Source: an uncultured Rickettsiales bacterium (lineage in GTDB: Bacteria; Pseudomonadota; Alphaproteobacteria; Rickettsiales; JABDBP01). Taken from it: a stretch of 64,000 bases of DNA. The position numbers and the translations under genes are program-made. Below are positions 1 to 10,440 of this stretch, piece by piece. Under the pieces are notes generated by a model. That model saw only the letters and a list, made by a program, of their open reading frames with translations, did not search any database and had not been told where the DNA came from. The stretch covers positions 2,191-66,190 of the forward strand of contig CAYVHI010000003.1 in the NCBI GenBank assembly GCA_964450945.1, given 5' to 3'. Within the stretch, counting starts at the first letter, position 1; the number at the start of each line of letters is the position of its first letter.

Positions 1-387
1 AATCCCCTGAAGAAACTGGAAGATGGCGGTAAGCATACAGTGTTTATTTCCCGCCAGAATCCTGATAAAGCAAGAAAAAGCTGGATTGCTGAAGGATTGG
101 CGGCGCGCGGGGAGATTATTGTGGATGATGGAGCGATAAAAGCACTTGGCTCAGGCAAAAGCCTGCTGCCTGCAGGAGTTGTGGAAGTTAGAGGAGAATT
201 TGACCGCGGGGATAAGATTGTTGTAAAATCCAAAGATAATAAAGAAATCGGTCGTGGGCTTTCTGCATATTCTTCCAAAGATGCAAGAAAAATTATAGGG
301 CATAAAAGCTCAGAAATTAAATCTGTACTTGGATTTGAAGGCAGGGAAGAATTGATCCATCGTGATGACTTGGTGCTGAAACAATGA
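1..387 (+). CDS. proB: Glutamate 5-kinase, C-terminal part (PUA domain); 5'-truncated by the window edge
   Basis: Frame 1 is open from base 1. The C-terminal sequence 'ARKSWIA...GEIIVDDGAIKAL..GKSLLPAGV..V.G.F.RGD' is typical of the ProB PUA domain. The stop overlaps the proA start (ATGA). Confidence 0.85.
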   Translation, partial: NPLKKLEDGGKHTVFISRQNPDKARKSWIAEGLAARGEIIVDDGAIKALGSGKSLLPAGVVEVRGEFDRGDKIVVKSKDNKEIGRGLSAYSSKDARKIIGHKSSEIKSVLGFEGREELIHRDDLVLKQ

Positions 388-1661
388 TGCTTATGAAAAA
401 AGAAAATTTTAAGGATGTTGTTGAAGAGCTTGGCCATAAAGCCAGGGCGGTCAGCCATGTGCTTGCACAAAGTTCTACAGATGCTAAAAACCGTGCACTA
501 AGGGGCGCCGCAAACGCCATACGTTCATCTAAAAAGAAGATAATGGCTGCAAACAAAAAAGATGTGGATGCAGCAAAGAAAAAAGGAATTTCAGGGGCTC
601 TATTAGACAGGCTTATTCTCAATGATTCCCGCATTGACGCAATGGCGAAAGGGCTTGATGATATTGCAAAACTCCCAGATCCTGTTGGTAGGAAATTAGC
701 TGAGTGGACAAGGCCAAACGGGCTTACGATTGTGCGTGTTTCCATACCGCTTGGAGTTATCGGAATCATTTATGAATCACGCCCTAATGTTACGGCGGAT
801 GCGGCCGGTCTTTGCATAAAATCCGGCAACGTTGCAATACTCCGCGGCGGTTCGGAAAGTTTTAATTCTTCGAAGGCAATACTTGCATGCTTGCATAAAG
901 GATTAAAGGCGGCAAAGTTGCCTGAAGATGCAGTTCTGCAAGTGCCTACGACTGACAGGGAAGCTGTGGGTGAACTTTTAAAACTCAATAAATACGTGGA
1001 TATAATAGTGCCACGCGGCGGCAAAGAGCTTATAAAACGTGTGATGGCTGAGAGCACCATTCCTGTCATCCAGCATCTTGATGGTAACTGCCATACCTAT
1101 GTGCATGAAGCAGCAGATGCAGATATGGCGGAGAAGGTTCTGGTGAATGCTAAGATGAGAAGGACGGGAATTTGTGGCGCTACCGAATCACTGCTCATTG
1201 ATAAAAAGATTGCAAAGAATATCCTGCCAAGACTTTCGGAGGCATTGATAAGGGAGAATTGTGAACTGCGTGGCGATAAGGAAGCAGTCAAGATAGATAA
1301 ACGCATAAAACCTGCAGCCGAGGATGATTATTATACCGAATATCTTGATGCGATAATCTCGGTTAAAGTTGTCTCTAACCTGGAAGAGGCGATAAAGCAT
1401 ATTGAAAAATATGGCTCCCACCACACTGATGCCATAATAACAGAAGATGCGACCGCTGCTGAGAAGTTTCTAAATCAGGTGGATAGTGCAATAGTCATGC
1501 ATAACACATCTACCCAGTTTGCCGATGGTGGTGAATTCGGCATGGGTGCGGAAATCGGCATATCTACCGGCAGGCTGCATGCAAGAGGGCCAGTTGGCGT
1601 GGAACAGCTTACCACCTATAAATATATGGTGAAAGGTAAGGGCCAAGTTAGGCCTAAGTAG
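384..1661 (+). CDS. proA: Gamma-glutamyl phosphate reductase
   Basis: 425 aa with 'IYESRPNVT.DAA.LC.KSGNA.ILRGG' and 'HT..I.T.D' ProA signatures. Lies directly after proB. Confidence 0.95.
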   Translation: MMLMKKENFKDVVEELGHKARAVSHVLAQSSTDAKNRALRGAANAIRSSKKKIMAANKKDVDAAKKKGISGALLDRLILNDSRIDAMAKGLDDIAKLPDPVGRKLAEWTRPNGLTIVRVSIPLGVIGIIYESRPNVTADAAGLCIKSGNVAILRGGSESFNSSKAILACLHKGLKAAKLPEDAVLQVPTTDREAVGELLKLNKYVDIIVPRGGKELIKRVMAESTIPVIQHLDGNCHTYVHEAADADMAEKVLVNAKMRRTGICGATESLLIDKKIAKNILPRLSEALIRENCELRGDKEAVKIDKRIKPAAEDDYYTEYLDAIISVKVVSNLEEAIKHIEKYGSHHTDAIITEDATAAEKFLNQVDSAIVMHNTSTQFADGGEFGMGAEIGISTGRLHARGPVGVEQLTTYKYMVKGKGQVRPK

Positions 1662-1668
1662 ATAGAAT

Positions 1669-2085
1669 ATGAATATTGAGTTAAGAATAAACGGTGTTTA
1701 TGCAGTGATACAGGATGCCATTGAGGTTTTAACGGAAAATAGAGAGTTAGCGCGCCTGGTGCTTGATAATATATGGTATGCATCTAAGGAAGAAGACGGT
1801 GTCGATACTAGGGAACTATTGATTGAGAATGGTGTAGTAAATGAAACAGTGCTGGATATCTCTGACCTTATCTTCAGTGCTATGCAATATTCCATTTCAG
1901 TGATTAACGGCGAGGAGCCGGGATATAACCCCAAAGAGTGTGTAACAAAACTTAATAAGTTTGATATTGGAGCGATAGATAGGGCAAAGATAGATACTCT
2001 AATGCGTACAGCAATGCTTATTGCAGACTCCAAGGAAGACCTTACACCACAGCAGGCATGGAAAAATGTAATCTCCAGGAATTAA
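1669..2085 (+). CDS. Hypothetical protein (138 aa)
   Basis: Clean ORF 8 nt after proA. No recognisable motif. Confidence 0.5.
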   Translation: MNIELRINGVYAVIQDAIEVLTENRELARLVLDNIWYASKEEDGVDTRELLIENGVVNETVLDISDLIFSAMQYSISVINGEEPGYNPKECVTKLNKFDIGAIDRAKIDTLMRTAMLIADSKEDLTPQQAWKNVISRN

Positions 2086-2105
2086 CTTTCCTACCACTCT
2101 AAAAG

Positions 2106-2945
2106 TTATTCCACTTTCCAGCCAGACGATTTTGGCTTTGTCACCCTTTCTGCTGAATCCATATATTCTGTTTTTTCTAAAGCAGCGCTTTCAGTAGCAA
2201 CTTGCTTTGCAAGTTTCTCAGCAAAATCAGGAGTTAATGTTTTAAAAGAGATGGCATCTTGTAGCATTACCAGAGACCTAGGTAGTTTTGTTAGTGCCGC
2301 AGCAAATGCATGCAGCGAATGAGGATGCTCTTCAGGCTGGTTATTCCTTGTCTGATTGATAATTACCGGCATAGAAGTATCAATCATGACTGTGTTTGGT
2401 GGTGGTTGCTGCCTATTCTGTTTTATAAGATCCATTATTTCCTTATCCCTTTTTCCAATCAGATTAACTTCATTTGTAAAACTGAAAGTATAGCTGCTTC
2501 TGCCAACAGGCACAGCTAGGTTGATAACTAAAATTCCATCATCACGCGGCACATCCAATAAATAAAAAAAGATATCCTTAAAATATACTCCTCCATAACT
2601 ATGGCATATTGAGGTAAATCTTGGTGTTTTTCCTTCCTTTAATAGTGGTTTTAGATAAGTGTCTGCAAATTCTAGCCTTACTTTCCCCTCATCATGCTCT
2701 TTGCTCATGGGTACGGGATGTGCATATGCAAGTATAAGTTCTGGGTCAAAACCTGGTTGGATGACGGACATTATCTGATGTGCGGCTCTTAAAGCAGAAC
2801 TGATACGGTTTTCCATTGGTGTTGATTGCCATGGGTCCATGCTCAGGAAATTTACAACGCTGCCTTCGGGTATTTCAGATACCTCGGTACCGATAAATTT
2901 CTGGGATGATTTTCCCCGGACGGTTTTTAAAGTATAAAGTGGCAT
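2106..2945 (-). CDS. Hypothetical protein, possible alpha/beta-hydrolase-like
   Basis: 279 aa. 'SICHSYGG' resembles a nucleophile-elbow (G/x-H-S-x-G) motif. Otherwise an orphan. Confidence 0.45.
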   Translation of the reverse strand: MPLYTLKTVRGKSSQKFIGTEVSEIPEGSVVNFLSMDPWQSTPMENRISSALRAAHQIMSVIQPGFDPELILAYAHPVPMSKEHDEGKVRLEFADTYLKPLLKEGKTPRFTSICHSYGGVYFKDIFFYLLDVPRDDGILVINLAVPVGRSSYTFSFTNEVNLIGKRDKEIMDLIKQNRQQPPPNTVMIDTSMPVIINQTRNNQPEEHPHSLHAFAAALTKLPRSLVMLQDAISFKTLTPDFAEKLAKQVATESAALEKTEYMDSAERVTKPKSSGWKVE

Positions 2946-2982
2946 AATTTCTTGATTATGCCCTTGATGTATTAAAAAAAGA

Positions 2983-4089
2983 TTAACTTCTTGTTATCCA
3001 GCCGCCGCCTAGAACGCGCGAATCCTTATACATAACGCAGGCCTGACCGGGAGTGACGGCAGATTGTGGCTCTAAAAGTGCAATTTCCACTTCGCCATTA
3101 TCATTCGCATGGATGATTGTTGCCGGTGCACCCTTATGGGTAGAGCGCAGTTTTACCCATATCTCATCACCCTTGTTGGGTTTTTCCCCATTGCCGATCC
3201 AGTTAAGCGAACGGATGGAAACTTTTTGACTTAAAAGGTCATTTACTGTGCCAACCATCACCTGATTTTTTTCTGGGATGAGTTTTACCACATAAAGCGG
3301 TTCGGTATGGGCAATACCCAAGCCGCGGCGTTGGCCGATGGTATAATTTATAATGCCATCATGGCGGCCGATGATGTTACCTTTCATATCCACTATATCA
3401 CCGGCATCAAGGGCGCCAGGTCGAAGTTTTTCAATTACTTTTGTATATCCGCCTTCCGGAACAAAGCAAATATCCTGGCTATCTGGCTTAACTGCTACCG
3501 GAAGAGCAAGCCTTTCAGCATGTTTCCTTGTTTCTTCCTTTGTCATGCCACCAAGCGGGAAATGGATGAAATCAAGCTGTTCACGCGTGGTGGCAAACAG
3601 GAAATAGCTCTGGTCTTTTGTTGGATCTACCGCGTGATGCATTTCCGCGCCATTTTCACCTTCAACACGACGGACATAATGGCCGGTGGCCAGTGCATCG
3701 GCCCCCAAATCTTTCGCTACTTTGAATAAATCACGGAATTTGACTGACTGGTTGCATTTAACACATGGAATCGGGGTTTCGCCCTTAAGGTATGAATCAG
3801 CAAAATCTTCCATCACCTCATTCTTAAAAATGCTTTCATAATCAAGGACATAGTGAGGGATGCCGATTTTTTCAGCTACCATTTTTGCGTCATAAATATC
3901 CTGCCCGGCACAACAGGCGCCTTTTTTCATCGCCCCGGCATAGTCATAGAGTTGTAAGGTGATGCCCACGACATCATAACCCTGCTCTTTTAAAAGCGCA
4001 GCGACGACGGAACTATCCACCCCGCCTGACATGGCAACCACCACCCGGGTTTTTTCCGGCGGTTTATTTACAGGTAATAAAAATTGCAT
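2983..4089 (-). CDS. mnmA: tRNA-specific 2-thiouridylase
   Basis: PP-loop '[12 protein letters not shown]', 'CC.GQD', 'D..KDQSYFL', 368 aa. Confidence 0.95.
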   Translation of the reverse strand: MQFLLPVNKPPEKTRVVVAMSGGVDSSVVAALLKEQGYDVVGITLQLYDYAGAMKKGACCAGQDIYDAKMVAEKIGIPHYVLDYESIFKNEVMEDFADSYLKGETPIPCVKCNQSVKFRDLFKVAKDLGADALATGHYVRRVEGENGAEMHHAVDPTKDQSYFLFATTREQLDFIHFPLGGMTKEETRKHAERLALPVAVKPDSQDICFVPEGGYTKVIEKLRPGALDAGDIVDMKGNIIGRHDGIINYTIGQRRGLGIAHTEPLYVVKLIPEKNQVMVGTVNDLLSQKVSIRSLNWIGNGEKPNKGDEIWVKLRSTHKGAPATIIHANDNGEVEIALLEPQSAVTPGQACVMYKDSRVLGGGWITRS

Positions 4090-4157
4090 TGGAACTGTTT
4101 CTCCCTATAAAAGGGAGGCGGAAGATACCCTAAAATTAGCGGAAATACAAGCTTTGA

Positions 4158-4535
4158 TTACTGCCAGCGGCTATATTGCGAGCGGACAGGGGCATTTGCA
4201 CCCAAAAATATCTTATTATCAGCAGGAACAGTAACCACATAGGCGGTTGCCTGAGGTTCCTTACCTTTTATTGGAAGTTTAGGCATAGTAAGATCATCAT
4301 TGGTAAGCCCGCACATTTTCATGAATTCGTTTGCGCTTCTTGAATCAGCAAATGCAACTTCAAAAAACCTGCCTAAAGGGCCAGTGGATTTTATATTATT
4401 CTCAATGCCCATAGAAAGACCTTCAGGATATTGATGTGCATCATAAAACAGCTTAACATCACGGTCTTGTAACTTAAGAGATGCTATTGCTTCAGCAATT
4501 ACTTCCTCTTTTCTTTTTGGTGTTTCATCTGGCAT
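4158..4535 (-). CDS. Hypothetical protein (125 aa)
   Basis: ORF only; same strand as mnmA; no motif recognised. Confidence 0.4.
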   Translation of the reverse strand: MPDETPKRKEEVIAEAIASLKLQDRDVKLFYDAHQYPEGLSMGIENNIKSTGPLGRFFEVAFADSRSANEFMKMCGLTNDDLTMPKLPIKGKEPQATAYVVTVPADNKIFLGANAPVRSQYSRWQ

Positions 4536-4601
4536 CTTTAATTTCTCCCCGTATTTTTTTATTTTAGTGTATATATAACTGGTTAAGGATTGGTAAAATA
4601 A

Positions 4602-6017
4602 ATGAAGAAAATATTTAAAGTATTGATATTACTTGGTTTATTAATATCAGCCACACTGGCCTTGGCAGAAAAATCAATACCAGAATCAGAAAGCCAGATA
4701 ACCCTTTCATATGCGCCGCTAGTTAAAAAAACCGCGCCGGCGGTAGTGAATATTTATACAAAAAAGAAAGTCAAAGTTCTTTCACCATTCCTTTATGATC
4801 CGTTCTTCAAACAGTTTTTTGGTGAGGAATTTAATGACAAGATTGATGATGGGGGGTGGATAAAGGAAAAGATAGAGAATTCTCTAGGCTCAGGGATAAT
4901 CGTTCGGTCTGACGGGCTGATCATCACAAACAACCATGTAATAAAAGGCAGCGATGAAATAACCGTGGTGCTGCATGATAGAAGAGAGTTTGATGCAAAG
5001 ATAGTGTTAACCGATGCAAAATCAGACATAGCGCTGTTAAAAATAAATGCCGAAGACAAATTGCAGAGTATTGAAATAGGGGATTCAGATGCACTCGAAG
5101 TTGGTGATATAGTGCTTGCTATCGGAAATCCATTCGGGGTTGGCCAAACAGTGACGCAGGGTATTGTTTCAGCGCTTGCCAGGACAACGCTTGGTATAAG
5201 TGACTTCCAGTTCTTTATTCAAACAGATGCGCCGATAAACCCCGGGAATTCAGGTGGGGCGCTGGTTGACATGAACGGAAAAATGGTAGGTATGAATTCT
5301 GCAATATATTCACGTTCAGGCGGCTCAAACGGTATTGGTTTTGCCATTCCTGCCACTATGGTAAAGACTATACTGCGCAGCTATGAAACAGGTGGAAAGG
5401 TGGTGCGACCATGGGTTGGTATATCAGTTCAGGAAGTAACGGCCGATATCGCAAAATCGCTTGGTATGGAAAGACCTGAAGGCGCAATCGTAAAACATAT
5501 ATACAAAGAAAGCCCGGCAGAAGAGGCCGGAATCAGACAGGGAGATGTTATACTTTCTGTTGATGATAAAGAGATAAATGATGACCGCTCTTTGAAATTC
5601 CGTATCGCCACCTACAGCATTGGCACGAAAGCTGAATTTGTTGTATTAAGAAACAGCAAGCATATTTCACTCACGGTTGAAATGAAAAAGCCATCAGATG
5701 ATGCGATGAAAGAAGAAACCAAAATTACCGGCGCAAACCCGCTTGCCGGAACAACGATTGCCAATATGACTCCTACGATTGCTGATGAACTTGGTGTTAG
5801 TGATGAGATAGAAGGTGTGGTAATTATTGAAGTGAAGAAAAAGACAGCAGCAGCAAATCTTGGGTTTATGAAAGGAGATATAATTGATAAGATTAACGGC
5901 AAATCCATAAAGACGGTTTCTGAAGCAAAGAATATTCTTTCTTCACGTCCACCGGTTGGCTGGACGGTTTCTGTAAAGCGCGGGAATGAAATTATAGCGG
6001 TAACAATAAGAGGATGA
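4602..6017 (+). CDS. htrA: Periplasmic serine endoprotease, DegP/HtrA family, two PDZ domains
   Basis: Signal peptide, 'TNNHV', 'DIALLK', catalytic 'GNSGGALV', and two PDZ-like repeats ('GD.I..VD...I'). Confidence 0.9.
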   Translation: MKKIFKVLILLGLLISATLALAEKSIPESESQITLSYAPLVKKTAPAVVNIYTKKKVKVLSPFLYDPFFKQFFGEEFNDKIDDGGWIKEKIENSLGSGIIVRSDGLIITNNHVIKGSDEITVVLHDRREFDAKIVLTDAKSDIALLKINAEDKLQSIEIGDSDALEVGDIVLAIGNPFGVGQTVTQGIVSALARTTLGISDFQFFIQTDAPINPGNSGGALVDMNGKMVGMNSAIYSRSGGSNGIGFAIPATMVKTILRSYETGGKVVRPWVGISVQEVTADIAKSLGMERPEGAIVKHIYKESPAEEAGIRQGDVILSVDDKEINDDRSLKFRIATYSIGTKAEFVVLRNSKHISLTVEMKKPSDDAMKEETKITGANPLAGTTIANMTPTIADELGVSDEIEGVVIIEVKKKTAAANLGFMKGDIIDKINGKSIKTVSEAKNILSSRPPVGWTVSVKRGNEIIAVTIRG

Positions 6018-6018
6018 T

Positions 6019-6387
6019 ATGGAAGTAATTATTGTTGCGCTGGGTGGGGCTATTGGTTCGGCACTAAGATATATACTTTCCCAGAAGGTTAATCTTCTAA
6101 GCAATAGTGATTTTCCATATGCCATAATGGTTGTGAATGTGGTTGGTTGCCTGATCATGGGCATAATGGCCGGGTTCTTCGGCCGCTACCCTGCCTCTCC
6201 TGACCTCAGGCTTTTGCTGACAGTTGGAGTGATGGGTGGATTTACAACCTTTTCCGCTTTTTCGCTTGATGTATTCATCCTGCTTGAAAAAGGTGATATC
6301 AAAGGCGCGGCGATTTATATTTTAGGTTCTGTCGGCCTTTCACTAATTGCATTTGCCGTCGGTATGTTTTCTGTAAGATACTCTTAA
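6019..6387 (+). CDS. crcB: Fluoride ion channel CrcB/FluC
   Basis: 122-aa four-TM protein with 'GA.GS.LRY' and 'GG.TTFS.FS'. Confidence 0.9.
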   Translation: MEVIIVALGGAIGSALRYILSQKVNLLSNSDFPYAIMVVNVVGCLIMGIMAGFFGRYPASPDLRLLLTVGVMGGFTTFSAFSLDVFILLEKGDIKGAAIYILGSVGLSLIAFAVGMFSVRYS

Positions 6388-6395
6388 CAATATTT

Positions 6396-7346
6396 ATGAC
6401 CCAGAAATTTGAAATAAATGCTGATGAGGCGGGGATAAGGCTTGACCGTTGGTTCAGGCGCAAATTTCCTGGCACGCCGCAATCGCTTCTTCAAAAATCT
6501 TTACGCAAGGGCGATATAAGGGTTGATGGGAAAAAAGCTGAAGCAAATACCCGCCTTCTTGCCGGGCAGAATGTGACTGTTTCATATTTTAATTTTAAGC
6601 CCGCAGATAAACCATATAAGCCGAAAATAGATGAAAAAAAGGCAGAGATGCTGAAATCTTCAGTAATCTATAAAGATGATGATATCATAGCGATAAATAA
6701 ACCTGCAGGGCTTGCCGCGCAAGGCGGTACAAAGGTTGGCAACAGCGTTGATTCATTGCTTGATGCTTTAATTTTTGAGGCAAATGAACGGCCAAAACTT
6801 GTGCACCGTATTGATAAGGATACCAGCGGGGTGATGATACTCGCCAGGAATACAAAAGCAGCCAGCCTGCTGACAGCAATGTTCAAGGATAAAACAATCA
6901 CCAAGAAATACTGGGCAGTGGTGGTTGGAACGCCCCATCCGCAAGAAGGCACAATCAAGAAACCGATAATCGCAAAAAAACTAGTGAAGAGAGCCGGAAG
7001 AAAAATTGAAAAAGCTGATGTTGATGAGTTCGGCCAGAGCGCAACAACCATATACCGCACGCTGGATGTGGCAGCAAAAAAAGCTGCATTGGTTGAGCTG
7101 CAGCCAATTACAGGGCGCATGCACCAGCTAAGAGTTCACATGTCTTTCATCAATCACCCGATTCTTGGCGATGGTAAATATGGAGGTAAGTTTGCATTCA
7201 TTCCAGGATTATCGGAAAGGATGCATCTGCATGCCCACGAAGTTGTTATAAATCTTAAGGGTAAGAAAATAAAAATAACCGCTCCGCTGCCTTTCCATAT
7301 GCAAGAAACTTTTGACAAGCTTGGGTTTCAAGCGTTTTCCATTTAA
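6396..7346 (+). CDS. rluC: 23S rRNA pseudouridine synthase, RluA/RluC family with S4 domain
   Basis: 'R.D.W..R' S4-like N-terminus, catalytic 'HRIDKDTSGVM', 'GR.HQLRVH'. Confidence 0.88.
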   Translation: MTQKFEINADEAGIRLDRWFRRKFPGTPQSLLQKSLRKGDIRVDGKKAEANTRLLAGQNVTVSYFNFKPADKPYKPKIDEKKAEMLKSSVIYKDDDIIAINKPAGLAAQGGTKVGNSVDSLLDALIFEANERPKLVHRIDKDTSGVMILARNTKAASLLTAMFKDKTITKKYWAVVVGTPHPQEGTIKKPIIAKKLVKRAGRKIEKADVDEFGQSATTIYRTLDVAAKKAALVELQPITGRMHQLRVHMSFINHPILGDGKYGGKFAFIPGLSERMHLHAHEVVINLKGKKIKITAPLPFHMQETFDKLGFQAFSI

Positions 7347-7443
7347 TCATCCACGTTGTCGTGCTAAAAGTCTCAAGCTCAGTCATGTAGGCTTAATCTA
7401 CACTCCTTCGCTTTCGCTTTACACTCCTAGTGGAATGATTAAA
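7342..7443 (+). repeat. Family-1 nested-hairpin intergenic repeat, copy G
   Basis: Outer arms 'tttaatcatccac' and 'gtggaatgattaaa' (one bulge). Core is 'ctcagtcatgtag-gcttaat-ctacactcc...acactcctagtg'. The left arm covers the rluC stop codon. Confidence 0.7.
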
Positions 7444-7544
7444 GCAAAACGCTTTATTATATCCCTTAACCAGTTGCAAAATAAAAATAACTGCACAATA
7501 ATAAATATTCTTTATGATTTCCCTGAAAAAGGTTAAAAGAGGCC

Positions 7545-9065
7545 ATGCCAAAACCGGTAGTATTATGTATTCTTGATGGCTGGGGCCACAGTGATGATCC
7601 CAAGGATAATGCAATTTTAAAGGCAAAAACCCCGAATTTTGAGCGTTTCCTTAAAGAAAGCCCGCATTCCCTGCTTGGAACCTCTGGCCTTGATGTTGGC
7701 CTGCCGGAAGGGCAGATGGGAAATTCCGAGGTGGGGCATATGACCATCGGCTCCGGCAGGGTGATAATGCAGGAATTGCCGAAAATCGACCAGGCGGTTA
7801 AAACCGGGACACTGGCAAAAGAAAAGGCGATAGAAAAATTCATTCAAAAACTAAAATCCACAAAGGGAGCATGCCATCTTCTAGGCCTTGTCTCTGATGG
7901 CGGTGTGCATGCGCATATAAACCACATAATCGCACTGGCAAAAATTATCGCAGGGCAGGGAGTGCCGGTAAAAATACATGCCATGACTGATGGAAGGGAT
8001 ACCGCACCGAACAGCGCACCCGATTTCTTAAGGACACTGGAAAAAGAAATCGCCGGTAACAAACTGATACAAATCGCAACAGTGATGGGCCGCTACTATG
8101 TGATGGACAGGGATAAAAGATGGGAAAGAATTGGCCTGGCATATGATGCAATTATCTCCGCCAAAGGAAAACCAGCTGGAAATGCACAGGAAGCGGTGAA
8201 GAACAGCTACAATGATAGCAAGACAGATGAATTCCTAATTCCCGCTGTGATAAAAGGATATGAAGGCGCTAAAGACGGTGATGGAATATTGATGGCAAAT
8301 TTCCGCGCTGACCGTGCGCGGCAAATAACAGAAAGCCTGCTTGATAAGGGGTTCAAGAGTTTTGCCCGTAAGGAGATAAATTTCTCCGCCGGGCTTGGCA
8401 TGGTTGAGTATTCAGAAAAACACAATGATTTCATGGATACGATTTTCCGGGTTGAAAAATTGGAAAAAATATTGCCGGAAATAATCGCTGATGCAGGGTT
8501 AAAGCAGCTTCGTATAGCCGAGACCGAGAAATATGCGCATGTTACCTTCTTTTTCAGCGGTGGCCGCGAAGCAGAGTTCAAGGGTGAAGAAAGGATACTG
8601 ATACCCTCCCCGAAAGTTGCCACCTATGATATGCAGCCGGAAATGTCGGCTAAAGAGGTGACGGCAAAATTATTAGATGCTATAACGGGCGATAAGTTTG
8701 ATTTTATTGTGGTAAATTTTGCCAATACCGATATGGTAGGCCATACAGGTATTATAGGGGCGGCAGTAAAGGCAGTGGAAGCAGTGGACGAAAGTTTAGG
8801 AAAAATTGCTGAAGCGGTAAAAAATAAAGGCGGCATCATGCTGATAACCGCTGATCATGGCAATGCAGAGCTAATGGTTGATCCTGAAACCGGTGTTGCA
8901 CATACCCAGCATACGCTTAACCCAGTGCCTTGTGTACTTGTGGGCCTTGATAAGAAAACAAAACTTAAAAACGGCAGGCTTTCTGATATAGCACCAACGC
9001 TGCTTGAAATAATGAAGCTGCCAAAACCAAAAGAAATGAACGGAAATTCCCTTATAATCAATTAG
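7545..9065 (+). CDS. gpmI: 2,3-bisphosphoglycerate-independent phosphoglycerate mutase
   Basis: 'ILDGWG', 'GQMGNSEVGH..IG.GR', 'ITADHGN', 506 aa. Confidence 0.95.
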   Translation: MPKPVVLCILDGWGHSDDPKDNAILKAKTPNFERFLKESPHSLLGTSGLDVGLPEGQMGNSEVGHMTIGSGRVIMQELPKIDQAVKTGTLAKEKAIEKFIQKLKSTKGACHLLGLVSDGGVHAHINHIIALAKIIAGQGVPVKIHAMTDGRDTAPNSAPDFLRTLEKEIAGNKLIQIATVMGRYYVMDRDKRWERIGLAYDAIISAKGKPAGNAQEAVKNSYNDSKTDEFLIPAVIKGYEGAKDGDGILMANFRADRARQITESLLDKGFKSFARKEINFSAGLGMVEYSEKHNDFMDTIFRVEKLEKILPEIIADAGLKQLRIAETEKYAHVTFFFSGGREAEFKGEERILIPSPKVATYDMQPEMSAKEVTAKLLDAITGDKFDFIVVNFANTDMVGHTGIIGAAVKAVEAVDESLGKIAEAVKNKGGIMLITADHGNAELMVDPETGVAHTQHTLNPVPCVLVGLDKKTKLKNGRLSDIAPTLLEIMKLPKPKEMNGNSLIIN

Positions 9066-9072
9066 AGGTATT

Positions 9073-10428
9073 ATGAAACTTAAAGTTCTAACAATTCTTT
9101 TTGCAATTATTTTCTCCGCCACTTCTGCCTTGGCTGCAAAAGAGAAGGAAAAGAAACAGGAAAATTCTGAAGAAACCATGAGGCTGCTCAGTCTTTTTGG
9201 CGATGTGTTCGAAAAAGTAAAGCAGGATTATGTTGAGGATGTAACGGATGATAAGCTGATAGAATCAGCAATAAACGGCATGCTGACTTCACTTGACCCA
9301 CACTCCAGCTACATGAATGAAAAACAGTTTGCTGAAATGCAGATACAGACAAAAGGAGAATTCGGTGGGCTTGGAATAGAAGTTACGATGGATAACGGTT
9401 TGGTAAAAGTGGTTTCCCCTATCGATGATACACCGGCATTTAAAGCCGGAATACAGGCGGGAGATTTTATCAGTGAGATAGACGGTACACCTGTACTTGG
9501 CATGAACCTTACCGAAGCAATAGATAAACTGCGCGGAAGAGTTGGCAGCAAAGTAAAACTCACAGTGCTGAGGAAAGGCGAGAAAGAGCCGCTTGATATA
9601 GAAATCGTTCGCGATATCATAAAAATAAAATCCATAAGATCACACAAGGAAGGGAATGATGTTGCATATATCCGCATAACTTCATTCTCTGAGCAGACTG
9701 ACCGTAATTTCAGGGCAGAATTTGATAAACTGAAAAAAGAAATGGGAGATAACCTTAAAGGACTTGTTATTGATATGCGCAATAATCCAGGCGGCTTGCT
9801 CGACCAGGCGATAGCGATTGCTGATTTCTTCCTGGAAAGTGGCGAGATTGTTTCAACCAAAGGCCGTATTGCTGACAGTACAAAGCTTTTTCATGCCAAG
9901 GAAGGTGATATTACCGGGGGCATACCTATTGTTGTTCTTATCAACAGCGGTTCTGCATCTGCATCTGAAATTGTGGCAGGTGCGTTAAAAGACCATAAAC
10001 GCGCCGTTGTTATGGGAACACAATCATTCGGAAAAGGTTCCGTGCAGACGGTTATACCACTTCCTGATGATGGTGCGATGAGGCTTACTACCTCGCGTTA
10101 CTACACACCTTCAGGCGTTGCTATCCAGGCTAAGGGAATTGAGCCTGACATAGTGGTTGAACCGGCAAAGATAGAATTCCTAAAGACCAAGGAAAATGCT
10201 GAGGCTGACCTGGTAAGGCACCTGAACAATGATCAGGATGGGGAAGATGATAAACAAAAAGACAAGGATGAAGTAAAAACAGAGGACCAGCTGCTTCGTA
10301 ACAGCAGTAGCGATAAATCACTTTATGATAAGGATTATCAGCTGGCGAGGGCGGTTGACCTGCTGCGCGCAATCAATGTGTTCAATAGCTCCATAAAGGG
10401 CAAGAAACTTACTATTTCCAAAGAATAA
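9073..10428 (+). CDS. ctpA: Carboxy-terminal processing protease (S41)
   Basis: Signal peptide, PDZ ('AGI..GD.I..IDG'), 'DLRNNPGG', 'SASASEI.AGAL.D', 'GT.SFGKGSVQ'. Confidence 0.9.
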   Translation: MKLKVLTILFAIIFSATSALAAKEKEKKQENSEETMRLLSLFGDVFEKVKQDYVEDVTDDKLIESAINGMLTSLDPHSSYMNEKQFAEMQIQTKGEFGGLGIEVTMDNGLVKVVSPIDDTPAFKAGIQAGDFISEIDGTPVLGMNLTEAIDKLRGRVGSKVKLTVLRKGEKEPLDIEIVRDIIKIKSIRSHKEGNDVAYIRITSFSEQTDRNFRAEFDKLKKEMGDNLKGLVIDMRNNPGGLLDQAIAIADFFLESGEIVSTKGRIADSTKLFHAKEGDITGGIPIVVLINSGSASASEIVAGALKDHKRAVVMGTQSFGKGSVQTVIPLPDDGAMRLTTSRYYTPSGVAIQAKGIEPDIVVEPAKIEFLKTKENAEADLVRHLNNDQDGEDDKQKDKDEVKTEDQLLRNSSSDKSLYDKDYQLARAVDLLRAINVFNSSIKGKKLTISKE

Positions 10429-10440
10429 GCAGTTGATGGT

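Noticed and set aside
6010-6020. Fluoride riboswitch upstream of crcB.
   Set aside because: crcB starts 1 nt after the htrA stop, so there is no leader to hold a riboswitch.
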